From: Gemmatimonadota bacterium
GTDB taxonomy: Bacteria; Latescibacterota; UBA2968; UBA8231
Direction of reading: 5' to 3'
Assembly (NCBI GenBank): GCA_038128265.1
Contig: JAYPJE010000060.1
Coordinates: 1 to 23,594 of the forward strand
Length of the DNA stretch: 23,594 nucleotides
Positions 1 through 8,120 of the stretch are shown piece by piece. Numbering within the stretch: the first letter of the stretch is position 1; the number at the start of each line of letters is the position of its first letter. A program made the position numbers and the translations under genes. The notes beneath the pieces are model-generated. The model ran no database searches. It saw only the letters and a list, made by a program, of their open reading frames with translations, and was not told the DNA's origin.

Positions 1-2
1 TG

Positions 3-584
3 CTCGGCGATGACTATCAGTATATCGGCAGCGACGGCAACTACTACGTCGGCGACACCGGCTGGCATTCGGACGGCGGCTGGCCGCGCCCTATCGTCTA
101 CTACAAGCTGGCGCTCTACCTCGATCCGCTGACGGCGACTTCCGGCGCCCTGCGCGTTATCCCCGGCAGCCACCGATACGGCGAGGGCTTTGCCGAAGCC
201 GTCGAACAGCACATACGGCAATCGCAGGAACACTGGGGCATCGGCGGCGCCGAGGTGCCCGCTATCGCCCTGGAGACGCAGCCTGGCGACGTGGTGGTGT
301 TTAACCAAGGCACCAAGCACAGCGCATGGGGCGGCGGCAAGCGGCGGCGCATGTTTACCATTAACTGCACCCCTAAACACCGGGACGATCAGCTCGACCT
401 GATGCGCGAAGAAATCAGCGCCTTTGCCCGCTTCTTTATGGACGAGCTATACGGCGAAGCCATGCTGAAAACAGCGAGCCCCGAACGCATGCGCCACCTC
501 GAACAAGGGCTGGCCAATGACGGGCACCTAGCGACGCTGACGGCACGTGCGCGCGCCGAACGCACCGAGGCCTCGCGCGGCTAG
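3..584 (+). CDS. Phytanoyl-CoA dioxygenase (PhyH) family Fe(II)/2-oxoglutarate dioxygenase, 5'-truncated by window edge
   Basis: The frame of ORF 255..584 is open back to position 3: LGDDYQYIGSDGNYYVGDTGWHSDGG...LYLDPLTATSGALRVIPGSH...PGDVVVFNQGTKHS...RRM. It has WHxD, GxLxVIPGSH, GDVVVF and a distal His, typical of PhyH. Stop TAG 582-584. Confidence 0.88.
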   Translation, partial: LGDDYQYIGSDGNYYVGDTGWHSDGGWPRPIVYYKLALYLDPLTATSGALRVIPGSHRYGEGFAEAVEQHIRQSQEHWGIGGAEVPAIALETQPGDVVVFNQGTKHSAWGGGKRRRMFTINCTPKHRDDQLDLMREEISAFARFFMDELYGEAMLKTASPERMRHLEQGLANDGHLATLTARARAERTEASRG

Positions 585-585
585 G

Positions 586-1494
586 TCAGCGCTGAGCGTT
601 GCGGTAGCGCCGACGTGCCTCTTCGAGCACGTCCAGCGCCGGTTTGGGTAATGCGAGAACGCTTCCCGACGCATTGACTTCGACGTGCTCGACCGATTCG
701 GCCCCGCAAAGCACGCTGCTAATCTCGGCCTGTCGACTAACCCATGCCACGCACACGGCCGCGCGCGGCACGCCGAGTTCGGTAGCCACCCCGTCGACGA
801 CCGCCACAAATTCGCGCAGGGCCGGTTCGGGCGGCACGGCGGCAGCCAACAGACCCGTATCCATCGGACTAAACGCCAGACACCCCATCCCGCTCGAGCG
901 CAGCAGCGGCATCATCTCCCTTTCAAATGTGCAGGTGCGCGAACGCCCCGCCTTGTCCAGATGGGCACCGGCGATGTTATAATACTCCTCTACGGCGGCA
1001 ACCGAGCCGCATTCGAGCAGGGCACGCACCTGCGCCGCGCTGTGGTTGGAAACGCCCCAGTAGCGCACCTTGCCCATCTTGACCAGCGCATCCATCGCAG
1101 CGCAGATCTCGGCCGGTGGCGTGTGCTCATCGACGTGGTGTAATAAATATAGATCGAGATAGTCCGTGCCCAATCGACCCAGGCTCTCTTCGAGCTGCTG
1201 GTGCAAATAGGCGCGCGTATAGGCGACCTGCGTCCCCGATTCCAGACGCACCGGCACCTTGCCACAGAGGACCAGCTGATCGCGTCTTCCTCCAATCGCG
1301 CGCCCGAGCACTCGCTCGGCGCCGCCCCAGCCATAGGCGATGGCCGTGTCGAAAAACGTGATGCCGCGGTCAATGGCGAATTCCAATACGCGCAGGGCGC
1401 GCGGATCTTCGGCGCGCGGCAGGTCGCGAAAGGCCGTGCCCTGACAGAGGCGCGAAACGCGCAGGTCCGTATTGCCCAACTGAACGTATTCCAT
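586..1494 (-). CDS. Aldo/keto reductase
   Basis: MEYVQLGNTDLRVSRLCQGT, FFDTAIAYGWG, K in CGKV, SLGRLGTDYLDLYLLH, GKVRYWGVSN (D-Y-K-H tetrad). ATG at 1494 is preceded by GGGGTG and preferred over the 1572 ORF start. Confidence 0.93.
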   Translation of the reverse strand: MEYVQLGNTDLRVSRLCQGTAFRDLPRAEDPRALRVLEFAIDRGITFFDTAIAYGWGGAERVLGRAIGGRRDQLVLCGKVPVRLESGTQVAYTRAYLHQQLEESLGRLGTDYLDLYLLHHVDEHTPPAEICAAMDALVKMGKVRYWGVSNHSAAQVRALLECGSVAAVEEYYNIAGAHLDKAGRSRTCTFEREMMPLLRSSGMGCLAFSPMDTGLLAAAVPPEPALREFVAVVDGVATELGVPRAAVCVAWVSRQAEISSVLCGAESVEHVEVNASGSVLALPKPALDVLEEARRRYRNAQR

Positions 1495-1593
1495 GATTTT
1501 CACCCCGTTGTCAAAGCGCGGTATACCGCAGTTGATAATGTCCGCAGCGACCCGACGGGTTGCCACTTTCAAACAGCAATCGGGAGAGACGCC

Positions 1594-2952
1594 GTGAATG
1601 CGTTCTTCGCAGTCCTCGCATGCCTATTGATCGCATCGCCTACGCAGGCCCAGCCCGCATTGCACAGCGTGCGCTACACCGAGAGCAGCGCCGCCATTGC
1701 CAACCCCGAACGCGGCTTTTACCTCTACAACAACTTGCTACAGCTCAGTCCTGACGTCGGTCGACGCCGAACCGAAGGGTATGCGCTTATCTGGGGCAAG
1801 ATACCTCTCGACGCCTACCGCGAACAGTCGGAGTTGCCCCAAGCCGTGCTCGATTCCCTTCGCGCCGGCTTTGCGACAGCGCGCCACGGCGGCATGAAGG
1901 TGATCGTGCGCGCCTCATACGGCTCGCGCGGCCCCGGTGGAGACTACACGACCTACGCAGATCCCACACAGGATATTATCGAGGGACACATCGCCCAGCT
2001 GGCGCCCGTATTCGCCGAAAACGCCGATGTAATCGCGCTATTTGAAGCCGGCTTTGTAGGGCCCTGGGGCGAATGGCACACTACGACCATCGCCAACGAC
2101 TATGCGCGCGGGCGCCAGGTGATCTCGCACCTGCTGGACCACACGCCCGCCGAGCGCATGATCGCCGTGCGCTATCCCCACTTTAAGCAGCAGCTGTTTA
2201 CCACCGATGGAAAAACCTACGAACGAGTCAACGCAACCAACGCCTATAGCAACACACCGGTTGCGCGCATAGGCCATCACAACGACTGCTTTCTGGCCTC
2301 CAAAACGGACTACGGAACCTACGAGCGCGGCGGCCAGACGCGCGCCGAAGAGACGGCCTATTTGGCAGAAGAAACGCTCTATACGCTCTTTGGCGGCGAG
2401 ACCTGCAACCCGCATCCGCTCAACGACTGTCAGCGCGCACTCGACGAGCTATCAACTCTACACGCTAGCTATCTCAATAGTTCGTATCACCCCAAGGTGC
2501 TGCAAAAATGGCGCGGCCAGGGGTGCGCCGACGAGATTGCACAGCGACTGGGCGCCCGCCTCGTCCTCGAGGAAAGTCGCGCAGCTCGACGAGCTAGCGC
2601 AGGTGAAACGCTCGACGTGAAAGTCGTGCTGAACAACAGCGGCTTTGCTCCGCTATACAACGCACGCAGCGTGGAGTTCGCGCTGCGCAACGCGGAGAGC
2701 GGGGCCCTGTTTACCTTTGTCCAGGACGTCGATCCGCGCACCTGGAAACCAGGCCAGCAGCACGTGCTGCGCGGACAGCTCAACCTGCCGCCCGACATGC
2801 CGACCGGCGCGTACGCCCTGTGCCTGTTCCTGCCCGACGCTTCACCGCAGCTGCGCTGGGATCCGCGCTATGCCTATCGCATGGCCAACGAGCACACGTG
2901 GGATGCCGAGAGCGGACTAAATGTATTGATCGAGGGAATCGTCGTGGAATAA
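1594..2952 (+). CDS. Secreted DUF4874/DUF4832 domain protein (putative glycoside hydrolase-like)
   Basis: GTG at 1594 after GGGAGAG. Signal peptide MNAFFAVLACLLIASPTQA. Motifs NPERGFY, GFVGPWGEWH, RIGHHNDCFLAS, FGGETC, GFAPLYN. The ORF-track extension to 1201 overlaps the AKR gene and is not credible. Confidence 0.82.
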   Translation: MNAFFAVLACLLIASPTQAQPALHSVRYTESSAAIANPERGFYLYNNLLQLSPDVGRRRTEGYALIWGKIPLDAYREQSELPQAVLDSLRAGFATARHGGMKVIVRASYGSRGPGGDYTTYADPTQDIIEGHIAQLAPVFAENADVIALFEAGFVGPWGEWHTTTIANDYARGRQVISHLLDHTPAERMIAVRYPHFKQQLFTTDGKTYERVNATNAYSNTPVARIGHHNDCFLASKTDYGTYERGGQTRAEETAYLAEETLYTLFGGETCNPHPLNDCQRALDELSTLHASYLNSSYHPKVLQKWRGQGCADEIAQRLGARLVLEESRAARRASAGETLDVKVVLNNSGFAPLYNARSVEFALRNAESGALFTFVQDVDPRTWKPGQQHVLRGQLNLPPDMPTGAYALCLFLPDASPQLRWDPRYAYRMANEHTWDAESGLNVLIEGIVVE

Positions 2953-2980
2953 CCGCGCACGCTGCTGCGCGTATCGCCCG

Positions 2981-3340
2981 CTAGTCCATTTCGACAAAGA
3001 CGCGTCCATTTTCCACTCGCGTTGCATAGGAGCGCACGCGCGTGCGCTGCGGATCGCAGAGCGAGTGCCCGGTGCGCACGTCGAACTCCCAGCCGTGCCA
3101 AGGACAGACGATAATTTCCCCCGGGCGTTCTATGGAAATATGGGCACCTGGCATGCAGGAGGGAACGTACCCCGTCACGTGACCGTCCGATAGAGGAGCA
3201 CCTTGGTGCGGACAGCGATCGCGCAGCACGTAGACCGCATCGCCGCGCCGGACTACGACCAGCGCACGTCCGGACAGCGTAACGGACTCGGCCGCACCGT
3301 CTGCAAAGCACTCCAGCGCACCCAGCTCAATCGAGGCCAT
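2981..3340 (-). CDS. Rieske [2Fe-2S] ferredoxin
   Basis: CPHQGAPL (CxH) and CPWHGWEFD (CxxH). ATG at 3340 gives 119 aa and overlaps the upstream gene's end by 14 nt. Confidence 0.93.
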   Translation of the reverse strand: MASIELGALECFADGAAESVTLSGRALVVVRRGDAVYVLRDRCPHQGAPLSDGHVTGYVPSCMPGAHISIERPGEIIVCPWHGWEFDVRTGHSLCDPQRTRVRSYATRVENGRVFVEMD

Positions 3341-4424
3341 AAAAGGCCTCTGCGTGGGCAGAAAATATGCCGTGGCGCATCGCTTGGGGAACTGCGCTGG
3401 GCAGAACGCGATTGGGCGCGTCAAAATCCCAGTGCGGATAGTCGGTGGCAAACATCAGGAAATCGTCGCAGCCAATCATATCGATGATCTGCACGAGGTG
3501 CTGTGGATTGTCCGGCTCTTCCATCGGCTGGGTTGTAGAGCGAAAGTGCGTGCGAATGTAGTCGCTTGGTGGCTTGACCAGCCACGGCACTTCGCTGCGC
3601 AGTCCGCGCCAGTTTTTATCGAGTCGCCAGATCAGCCCCGGCAGCCAGGCAAAACCGCCCTCGATTAGCACCACGCGCAGCGCCGGCAGCTCGCAGAAAA
3701 CACCTTCACAGACGAGGCTGACGACGTGCGTTTCAAAGGCCTGCGTCATCGTAGTGTGATCTTCAATGTAATACGAGGGCCACCCGCAGGCCGTTATCGG
3801 CACATCGCCACCGCCGCCAAAGTGGATGCCAACGGGCCGATCGCACTCGGCGGCGGCGCGCAGCAGCGGGCGAAAGGCGCGCTTGCCGTAGGGCGCATGT
3901 GAGCGGGCCAGCAGCAGCACCTGCACAAAGCGCGCGTCGTCTGCCCAGTGGCGTATTTCGGCGGCCGCACCTTCCGGATCGCGCACATTGACGGCAATTG
4001 CCCCGCGCCAGCGTGGATCGGCATCGAGCCAATGGGCCGCCGTCCACTCGTTAACGGCGCGCGCCAGTGCGTTGCCCAGCTCGATATTGTGCACGGCAGA
4101 AGCGGCTACCAGTGGATTGAGTATCGCTCGATCAATAGACCACTCATCGAGCAGCTGAGCAGCGGCAAAACTCGGGTCGCTACCGGGCTTACCGCCGTTG
4201 GGTGGCCAGGCATCGCGCCGCGCCGCAGCGGCAAAGACCTTTGGATAGAGCGACACGCCCGGCAGCTGTAAGCCAGACTGCTCGGCATAGGCCTGCCAGC
4301 GGGCGGGAAGAAAAGGCATCAGGTCGGCAAGCGAATTGGGGTAGTTGTGAACGTCGGCATCGATCAGCGAAAGCGACGATGCATTGGCTCCGGAGACGCT
4401 GGCAGCAGGGGCAGAACGACTCAT
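3327..4424 (-). CDS. Amidohydrolase_2 fold metalloprotein, probable amidohydrolase-related dinuclear oxygenase subunit
   Basis: IDADVH, GIHFGG, WPSYYIEDH, VVLIEGGFAWLP, TTQPMEEP, FATDYPHWDFD. ATG at 4424. Overlaps the Rieske gene. Fold call is strong; oxygenase function is inference. Confidence 0.88.
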   Translation of the reverse strand: MSRSAPAASVSGANASSLSLIDADVHNYPNSLADLMPFLPARWQAYAEQSGLQLPGVSLYPKVFAAAARRDAWPPNGGKPGSDPSFAAAQLLDEWSIDRAILNPLVAASAVHNIELGNALARAVNEWTAAHWLDADPRWRGAIAVNVRDPEGAAAEIRHWADDARFVQVLLLARSHAPYGKRAFRPLLRAAAECDRPVGIHFGGGGDVPITACGWPSYYIEDHTTMTQAFETHVVSLVCEGVFCELPALRVVLIEGGFAWLPGLIWRLDKNWRGLRSEVPWLVKPPSDYIRTHFRSTTQPMEEPDNPQHLVQIIDMIGCDDFLMFATDYPHWDFDAPNRVLPSAVPQAMRHGIFSAHAEAFYGLD

Positions 4425-4442
4425 AGACGGATTTCCACGGTG

Positions 4443-4552
4443 AAAAACGACGGTGTTGGCCCGCGCCGTCCGGAGACCGCGAGCACGAAGTGAGCCCATG
4501 TTGCTTCAAGGTAGGTACGGCAGATGGGCTCGGCAATGGACGACACCACTCG
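4443..4552 (-). ncRNA. Candidate structured RNA / leader element upstream of the amidohydrolase-Rieske pair
   Basis: Nested stems: GAGCCCAT (4492-4499)/ATGGGCTC (4524-4531); on the minus strand GCUCGCG/CGCGGGC enclosing GUC-UCCG-GAC; outer stem 4448-4458 with 4541-4552; 5 U follow. No confident family assignment. Confidence 0.35.
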
Positions 4553-4588
4553 ACGCAGCACCAAGTCCATAGGTCTATAAGATATGCT

Positions 4589-5164
4589 CTATGCGTACGC
4601 GGCGAGGATTTCGGGGCGGCGAAAGCAGTCGACCGCGTGGTCGTTGACTAAACCCGCTGCCTGCATATGTGCATAGACGATGGTCGAACCGACAAATTTA
4701 AAACCGCGCCCCTTGAGGTCTTTACTCAGCGCATCGGACTCAGTCGACGTGGCCGGATAATCGGCCTCTGTGCGCCATGCGTTGACGATTGGCCGCCCGT
4801 CGACAAAGCGCCAAATATAGTCGTCAAACGATCCGAATTCGCTCTGCACGGCCAAAAAGCAGCGCGCATTGTGCACGGCGGCGTTAAGTTTCAGTCGGTT
4901 GCGAATAATTCCGGGGTTGTGCATCAGCGACTCGATTTTCTTCTCTGAAAAACGCGCCACTTTCTCCGGATCAAAGTCGGCAAATACACGGCGGTAATGG
5001 GCGCGCTTGCGCAGCACGGTGTACCAGCTCAGCCCAGCCTGGGCGGCTTCGAGCGTGAGAAACTCAAACTGCTGCCGATCGTCGTGCACGGGCACGCCCC
5101 ACTCCTCGTCGTGGTAGGCTACGTAGTCGGCTTTGTCGAGATCAACCCAAGGACAGCGACGCAT
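4589..5164 (-). CDS. tag: DNA-3-methyladenine glycosylase I
   Basis: RCPW...YVAYHDEEWGVP, FEFLTLEAAQAGLSW, IIRNRLK, GFKFVGSTIVYAHMQAAGLVNDH..C. GAGG RBS before ATG 5164. Confidence 0.97.
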   Translation of the reverse strand: MRRCPWVDLDKADYVAYHDEEWGVPVHDDRQQFEFLTLEAAQAGLSWYTVLRKRAHYRRVFADFDPEKVARFSEKKIESLMHNPGIIRNRLKLNAAVHNARCFLAVQSEFGSFDDYIWRFVDGRPIVNAWRTEADYPATSTESDALSKDLKGRGFKFVGSTIVYAHMQAAGLVNDHAVDCFRRPEILAAYA

Positions 5165-5208
5165 AGTGCCTCGTTGTTTCAGCGTGGAGCTACGTGCGCC
5201 CTGCAGGC

Positions 5209-6186
5209 CTACGCAATGCGAGCGACGATCTTGCCGCACACGTGACGCGTCTGCAAGCGGGCGAGCGCACGGGGGATATCTTTTAGCGCAACGACCTCTT
5301 CCACCATCGCATCGACCTGACCTTCTGCCACCAAAGCGATCATTTCTTCAGCCATCTTCGCCAAGTCTAGCTGCGCAGCGCGGTTTGTCGATTGATGGGC
5401 CGCTCCCAGCGAAATCTTGTGCAGTGAAATCGCTTTGGCAAACGTCTGTTCCGAAAGCGTTGGCAAACCGGCAATGCAGGAAATCGCACCGGCAAAGCGC
5501 AGCGCCTCTATTCCCTGATCGGCCGTTTGCACGTCGACAGCTGCCTGCACCGCGTCTACGCCCAAACCACCGGTTATCTCGCCAATGCGCGCAACGACAT
5601 CTTCGCCGTTATAGTCGATGACGTGCTGTGCACCAAGTGCCGCAACGCGTTCAAAGTTGCCCGGTGACGCCGTCGTAATAACCGTGGCTCCTGCGCGCGC
5701 GGCAATCTGCACGCCGTAGCCACCCACACCACCGGCACCGCCCTGCACCCAGACGATTTGCTCCGCACGCACTCGCAGCCGACGCACTAGGCCTTGATAG
5801 GCCGTCAGACCAGCACAGGGCAATGCAGCTGCGTCAACAAAAGAAACGTCTTCGGGTATAGCAGCTGTCGTATGGGCCGTGGTAACGGCAAGTTCGGCAA
5901 AGCCGCCCGGCTTACTCAAGTCTCCGTGATACACCACGCGATCACCGACGCGCCAGTTTTCAACGCCCTCGCCCAGCGCGTCAACCGTGCCGGCCACATC
6001 CAGTCCGAGCACGTGCGGGTAATTCCAGTGAGGGTTGCCGCGCCCGGCCAGTTTGTAGTCGACGGGATTCAAACCGACGGCAGCCACGCGCACGCGGATC
6101 TCTCCCGCTTTGGGCTGCGGATCTGGCGCCTCTGCAACGCGCAGGGATTCGACGGGACCCGGTTTGTCGAGGATCAGTGCTCGCAT
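5209..6186 (-). CDS. MDR superfamily NADPH:quinone oxidoreductase-like (zinc-binding dehydrogenase family)
   Basis: MRALIL..., AVGLNPVDYK, PHVLGLDVAGTV, AAALPCAGLTAYQ, QGGAGGVG, GKIV. No structural-Zn Cys cluster. ATG 6186 after GGAAGAG (6198 is an alternative). Confidence 0.92.
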   Translation of the reverse strand: MRALILDKPGPVESLRVAEAPDPQPKAGEIRVRVAAVGLNPVDYKLAGRGNPHWNYPHVLGLDVAGTVDALGEGVENWRVGDRVVYHGDLSKPGGFAELAVTTAHTTAAIPEDVSFVDAAALPCAGLTAYQGLVRRLRVRAEQIVWVQGGAGGVGGYGVQIAARAGATVITTASPGNFERVAALGAQHVIDYNGEDVVARIGEITGGLGVDAVQAAVDVQTADQGIEALRFAGAISCIAGLPTLSEQTFAKAISLHKISLGAAHQSTNRAAQLDLAKMAEEMIALVAEGQVDAMVEEVVALKDIPRALARLQTRHVCGKIVARIA

Positions 6187-6232
6187 AGACTCTTCCATTC
6201 CAGTTTTTTTGCTGCACCTACACGCGGCGTGC

Positions 6233-6259
6233 AATGCTAATAGACCGGATATTAGCATT
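6233..6259. promoter_or_regulatory. Putative transcription-factor operator (10-bp perfect inverted repeat) in divergent promoter
   Basis: AATGCTAATA-gaccgga-TATTAGCATT; extra copy of ATATTAGC at 6284-6291. Confidence 0.55.
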
Positions 6260-6359
6260 TGCCACAGACGGCCCTTTTGCAGAATATTAGCGCCCATATA
6301 CTAGGCGAATCCAGACGCGACGTCCAGGTTGTACCGAACCCATTCCGCGGAGACAGTCC

Positions 6360-7418
6360 ATGAGCGCGCAGACGCAACAATATCCCATGCAGGCCGTGCC
6401 CGGCTACTACTCGAGCACGCAGGGCATCCAAATCGCCATTCAGACCGGCGCCGACGCCAGCGACGAAGATCTGCAGTTCTTTGAGCAGCTAGGCGTCGAG
6501 TGGGCAATGGTCGGCATCAACGACGCCGAACAGCACTCGGCCGAGTTCTACAAGAGCTTGGTCAAGCGCTTTGGCGACCGCGGTATCAAGATCTACCGCA
6601 TTGCCAACCACGGCGTGCACAATGTGCCGGCCATTACCCTCAACCTGCCCGAGCGCGATGCCAAGGTCGAAGAATTTAAACAGTTTATCCGCAACCTCGG
6701 CGAAGCGGGCATCTACTACAACACCTATGCCCATATGGGCAACGGCATCTGGTCTTCTGGGCGCGTTGAGGGACGCGGCGGCATGGATGCGCGCTCACTC
6801 GACATCAACAACGCCGTCGGCCGCTGGATTGGCGAGACCTACGAAGGCGAATTGACGCACGGACGCACCTATAGCGAAGACGAGCTGTGGGACAACTACG
6901 AGTATATGATTCGCCAAATTGCGCCCGTGGCCGAAGACGCCGGCGTGCGCATCGGCATTCACCCAGACGATCCGCCGGTCTACGCGCTGGGCGGCATACC
7001 CCGCTGTATGTTTGGAAACTTCGAGGGATACAAACGCGCGATGGAAATTGCCGACAGCCCCAATATCGGCGTCTGCCTGTGCGTGGGCTGCTGGCTGGAA
7101 GGCGGCGAAGCGGGCATGGGCGTGGGTGTAGTAGAAGCCATCAAGCACTTTGCCCAGCAGGGCCAGCTGTTTAAGGTCCACTTTCGCAACGTGTCCAACC
7201 CCATGCCCGAGCCGTGGGTGGAGACCCTAATCGACAACGGCTACCAGGACATGCACCAGGTCATGCGCGCCCTGCGCGAAGTGCAGTTTGATGGCTGCAT
7301 TATTCCCGACCACATCCCCGCCATGCTGGGCGGTCATCGCGTCGGCGTAGCCTATTCCATCGCCTATATGCGCGCCCTAGTGCAGGCGGTGAACAACGAG
7401 TACGGCGGTCCTGTATAG
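6360..7418 (+). CDS. Mannonate dehydratase (UxuA)-like sugar-acid dehydratase
   Basis: FIRNLGEAGI, ELWDNYEYMIRQIAPVAEDAGVRIGIHPDDPP, CLCVGCWLE, KVHFRNV, IIPDHIP, AYSIAYMRAL. Divergent paralogue, so substrate is uncertain. Confidence 0.87.
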   Translation: MSAQTQQYPMQAVPGYYSSTQGIQIAIQTGADASDEDLQFFEQLGVEWAMVGINDAEQHSAEFYKSLVKRFGDRGIKIYRIANHGVHNVPAITLNLPERDAKVEEFKQFIRNLGEAGIYYNTYAHMGNGIWSSGRVEGRGGMDARSLDINNAVGRWIGETYEGELTHGRTYSEDELWDNYEYMIRQIAPVAEDAGVRIGIHPDDPPVYALGGIPRCMFGNFEGYKRAMEIADSPNIGVCLCVGCWLEGGEAGMGVGVVEAIKHFAQQGQLFKVHFRNVSNPMPEPWVETLIDNGYQDMHQVMRALREVQFDGCIIPDHIPAMLGGHRVGVAYSIAYMRALVQAVNNEYGGPV

Positions 7419-7441
7419 AAGTGCTCCGTGCGCATCACATT

Positions 7442-7483
7442 GCGGACCGGAAGAGGCAGACACCGCTTCCGGTCCGCTTTTTT
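7442..7483 (+). terminator. Intrinsic terminator
   Basis: 12-bp perfect stem GCGGACCGGAAG/CTTCCGGTCCGC followed by TTTTTT, 23 nt after the UxuA-like stop. Confidence 0.9.
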
Positions 7484-7574
7484 GTAAATCCACTGTCCCC
7501 GCAAGCGCTGGGAAAAGGCAGAGTGCGATGCGATACTTGGCGCGTTTCGCACTCCATTGCAGAGGAGCTGCCCC

Positions 7575-8114
7575 ATGCTAAAGGCCCACAACACCGCCCT
7601 CGTTCTCATCGATATTCAGGGCAAACTCGCAGCGTTGATGCACGACAAAGATGCCCTTTATACCCAGCTGCACATCCTTATCAAGGGCGCCCAGGCTCTG
7701 CAGCTTCCCATCCTGTGGTTAGAGCAATACCCCAAAGGGTTGGGACCGACGATCCCCGAGGTAGCGGACCTGCTACCCGACCAACAGCCGATGGCCAAAA
7801 CCTGCTTTAGCGCCTGCGGCCTGAGCGCATTTTCCCAGGCTCTGCGCGCAACGGGCCGACGGCACATCCTGCTGGCCGGCATCGAAACGCATATCTGCGT
7901 CTACCAAACTGCGCGCGACCTGCTCGACAACGGCTTTTACGTCGAAGTTGTCGCCGATGCCGTTTCATCGCGCACCGCGCAGAACAAGGCCATCGGCTTA
8001 GAGAAAATGCTGCACTGCGGCGCGCAGATTACTTCGGTGGAAATGTGCCTATTCGAGCTGCTACAGCGAGCCGGCAGCGCGGAATTCAAGGAAATCGCCG
8101 CCCTCGTAAAATAA
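7575..8114 (+). CDS. Isochorismatase-like cysteine hydrolase (YcaC-related)
   Basis: LVLIDIQGKL, EQYPKGLGPT, KTCFSAC, LAGIETHICVYQT, DAVSSR. AGGAG RBS at 7563-7567 and ATG 7575. Confidence 0.93.
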   Translation: MLKAHNTALVLIDIQGKLAALMHDKDALYTQLHILIKGAQALQLPILWLEQYPKGLGPTIPEVADLLPDQQPMAKTCFSACGLSAFSQALRATGRRHILLAGIETHICVYQTARDLLDNGFYVEVVADAVSSRTAQNKAIGLEKMLHCGAQITSVEMCLFELLQRAGSAEFKEIAALVK

Positions 8115-8120
8115 CGACGA

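Noticed and set aside
1201..1593. 131-aa N-terminal extension of the DUF4832 ORF
   Set aside because: Overlaps the AKR gene antisense; RBS and signal peptide point to GTG 1594.
4425..4588. Assignment as SRP RNA, canonical 6S RNA or a known riboswitch (TPP, FMN, cobalamin, SAM, Moco)
   Set aside because: Hallmark motifs not seen and too short for canonical 6S; kept only as an unclassified candidate.
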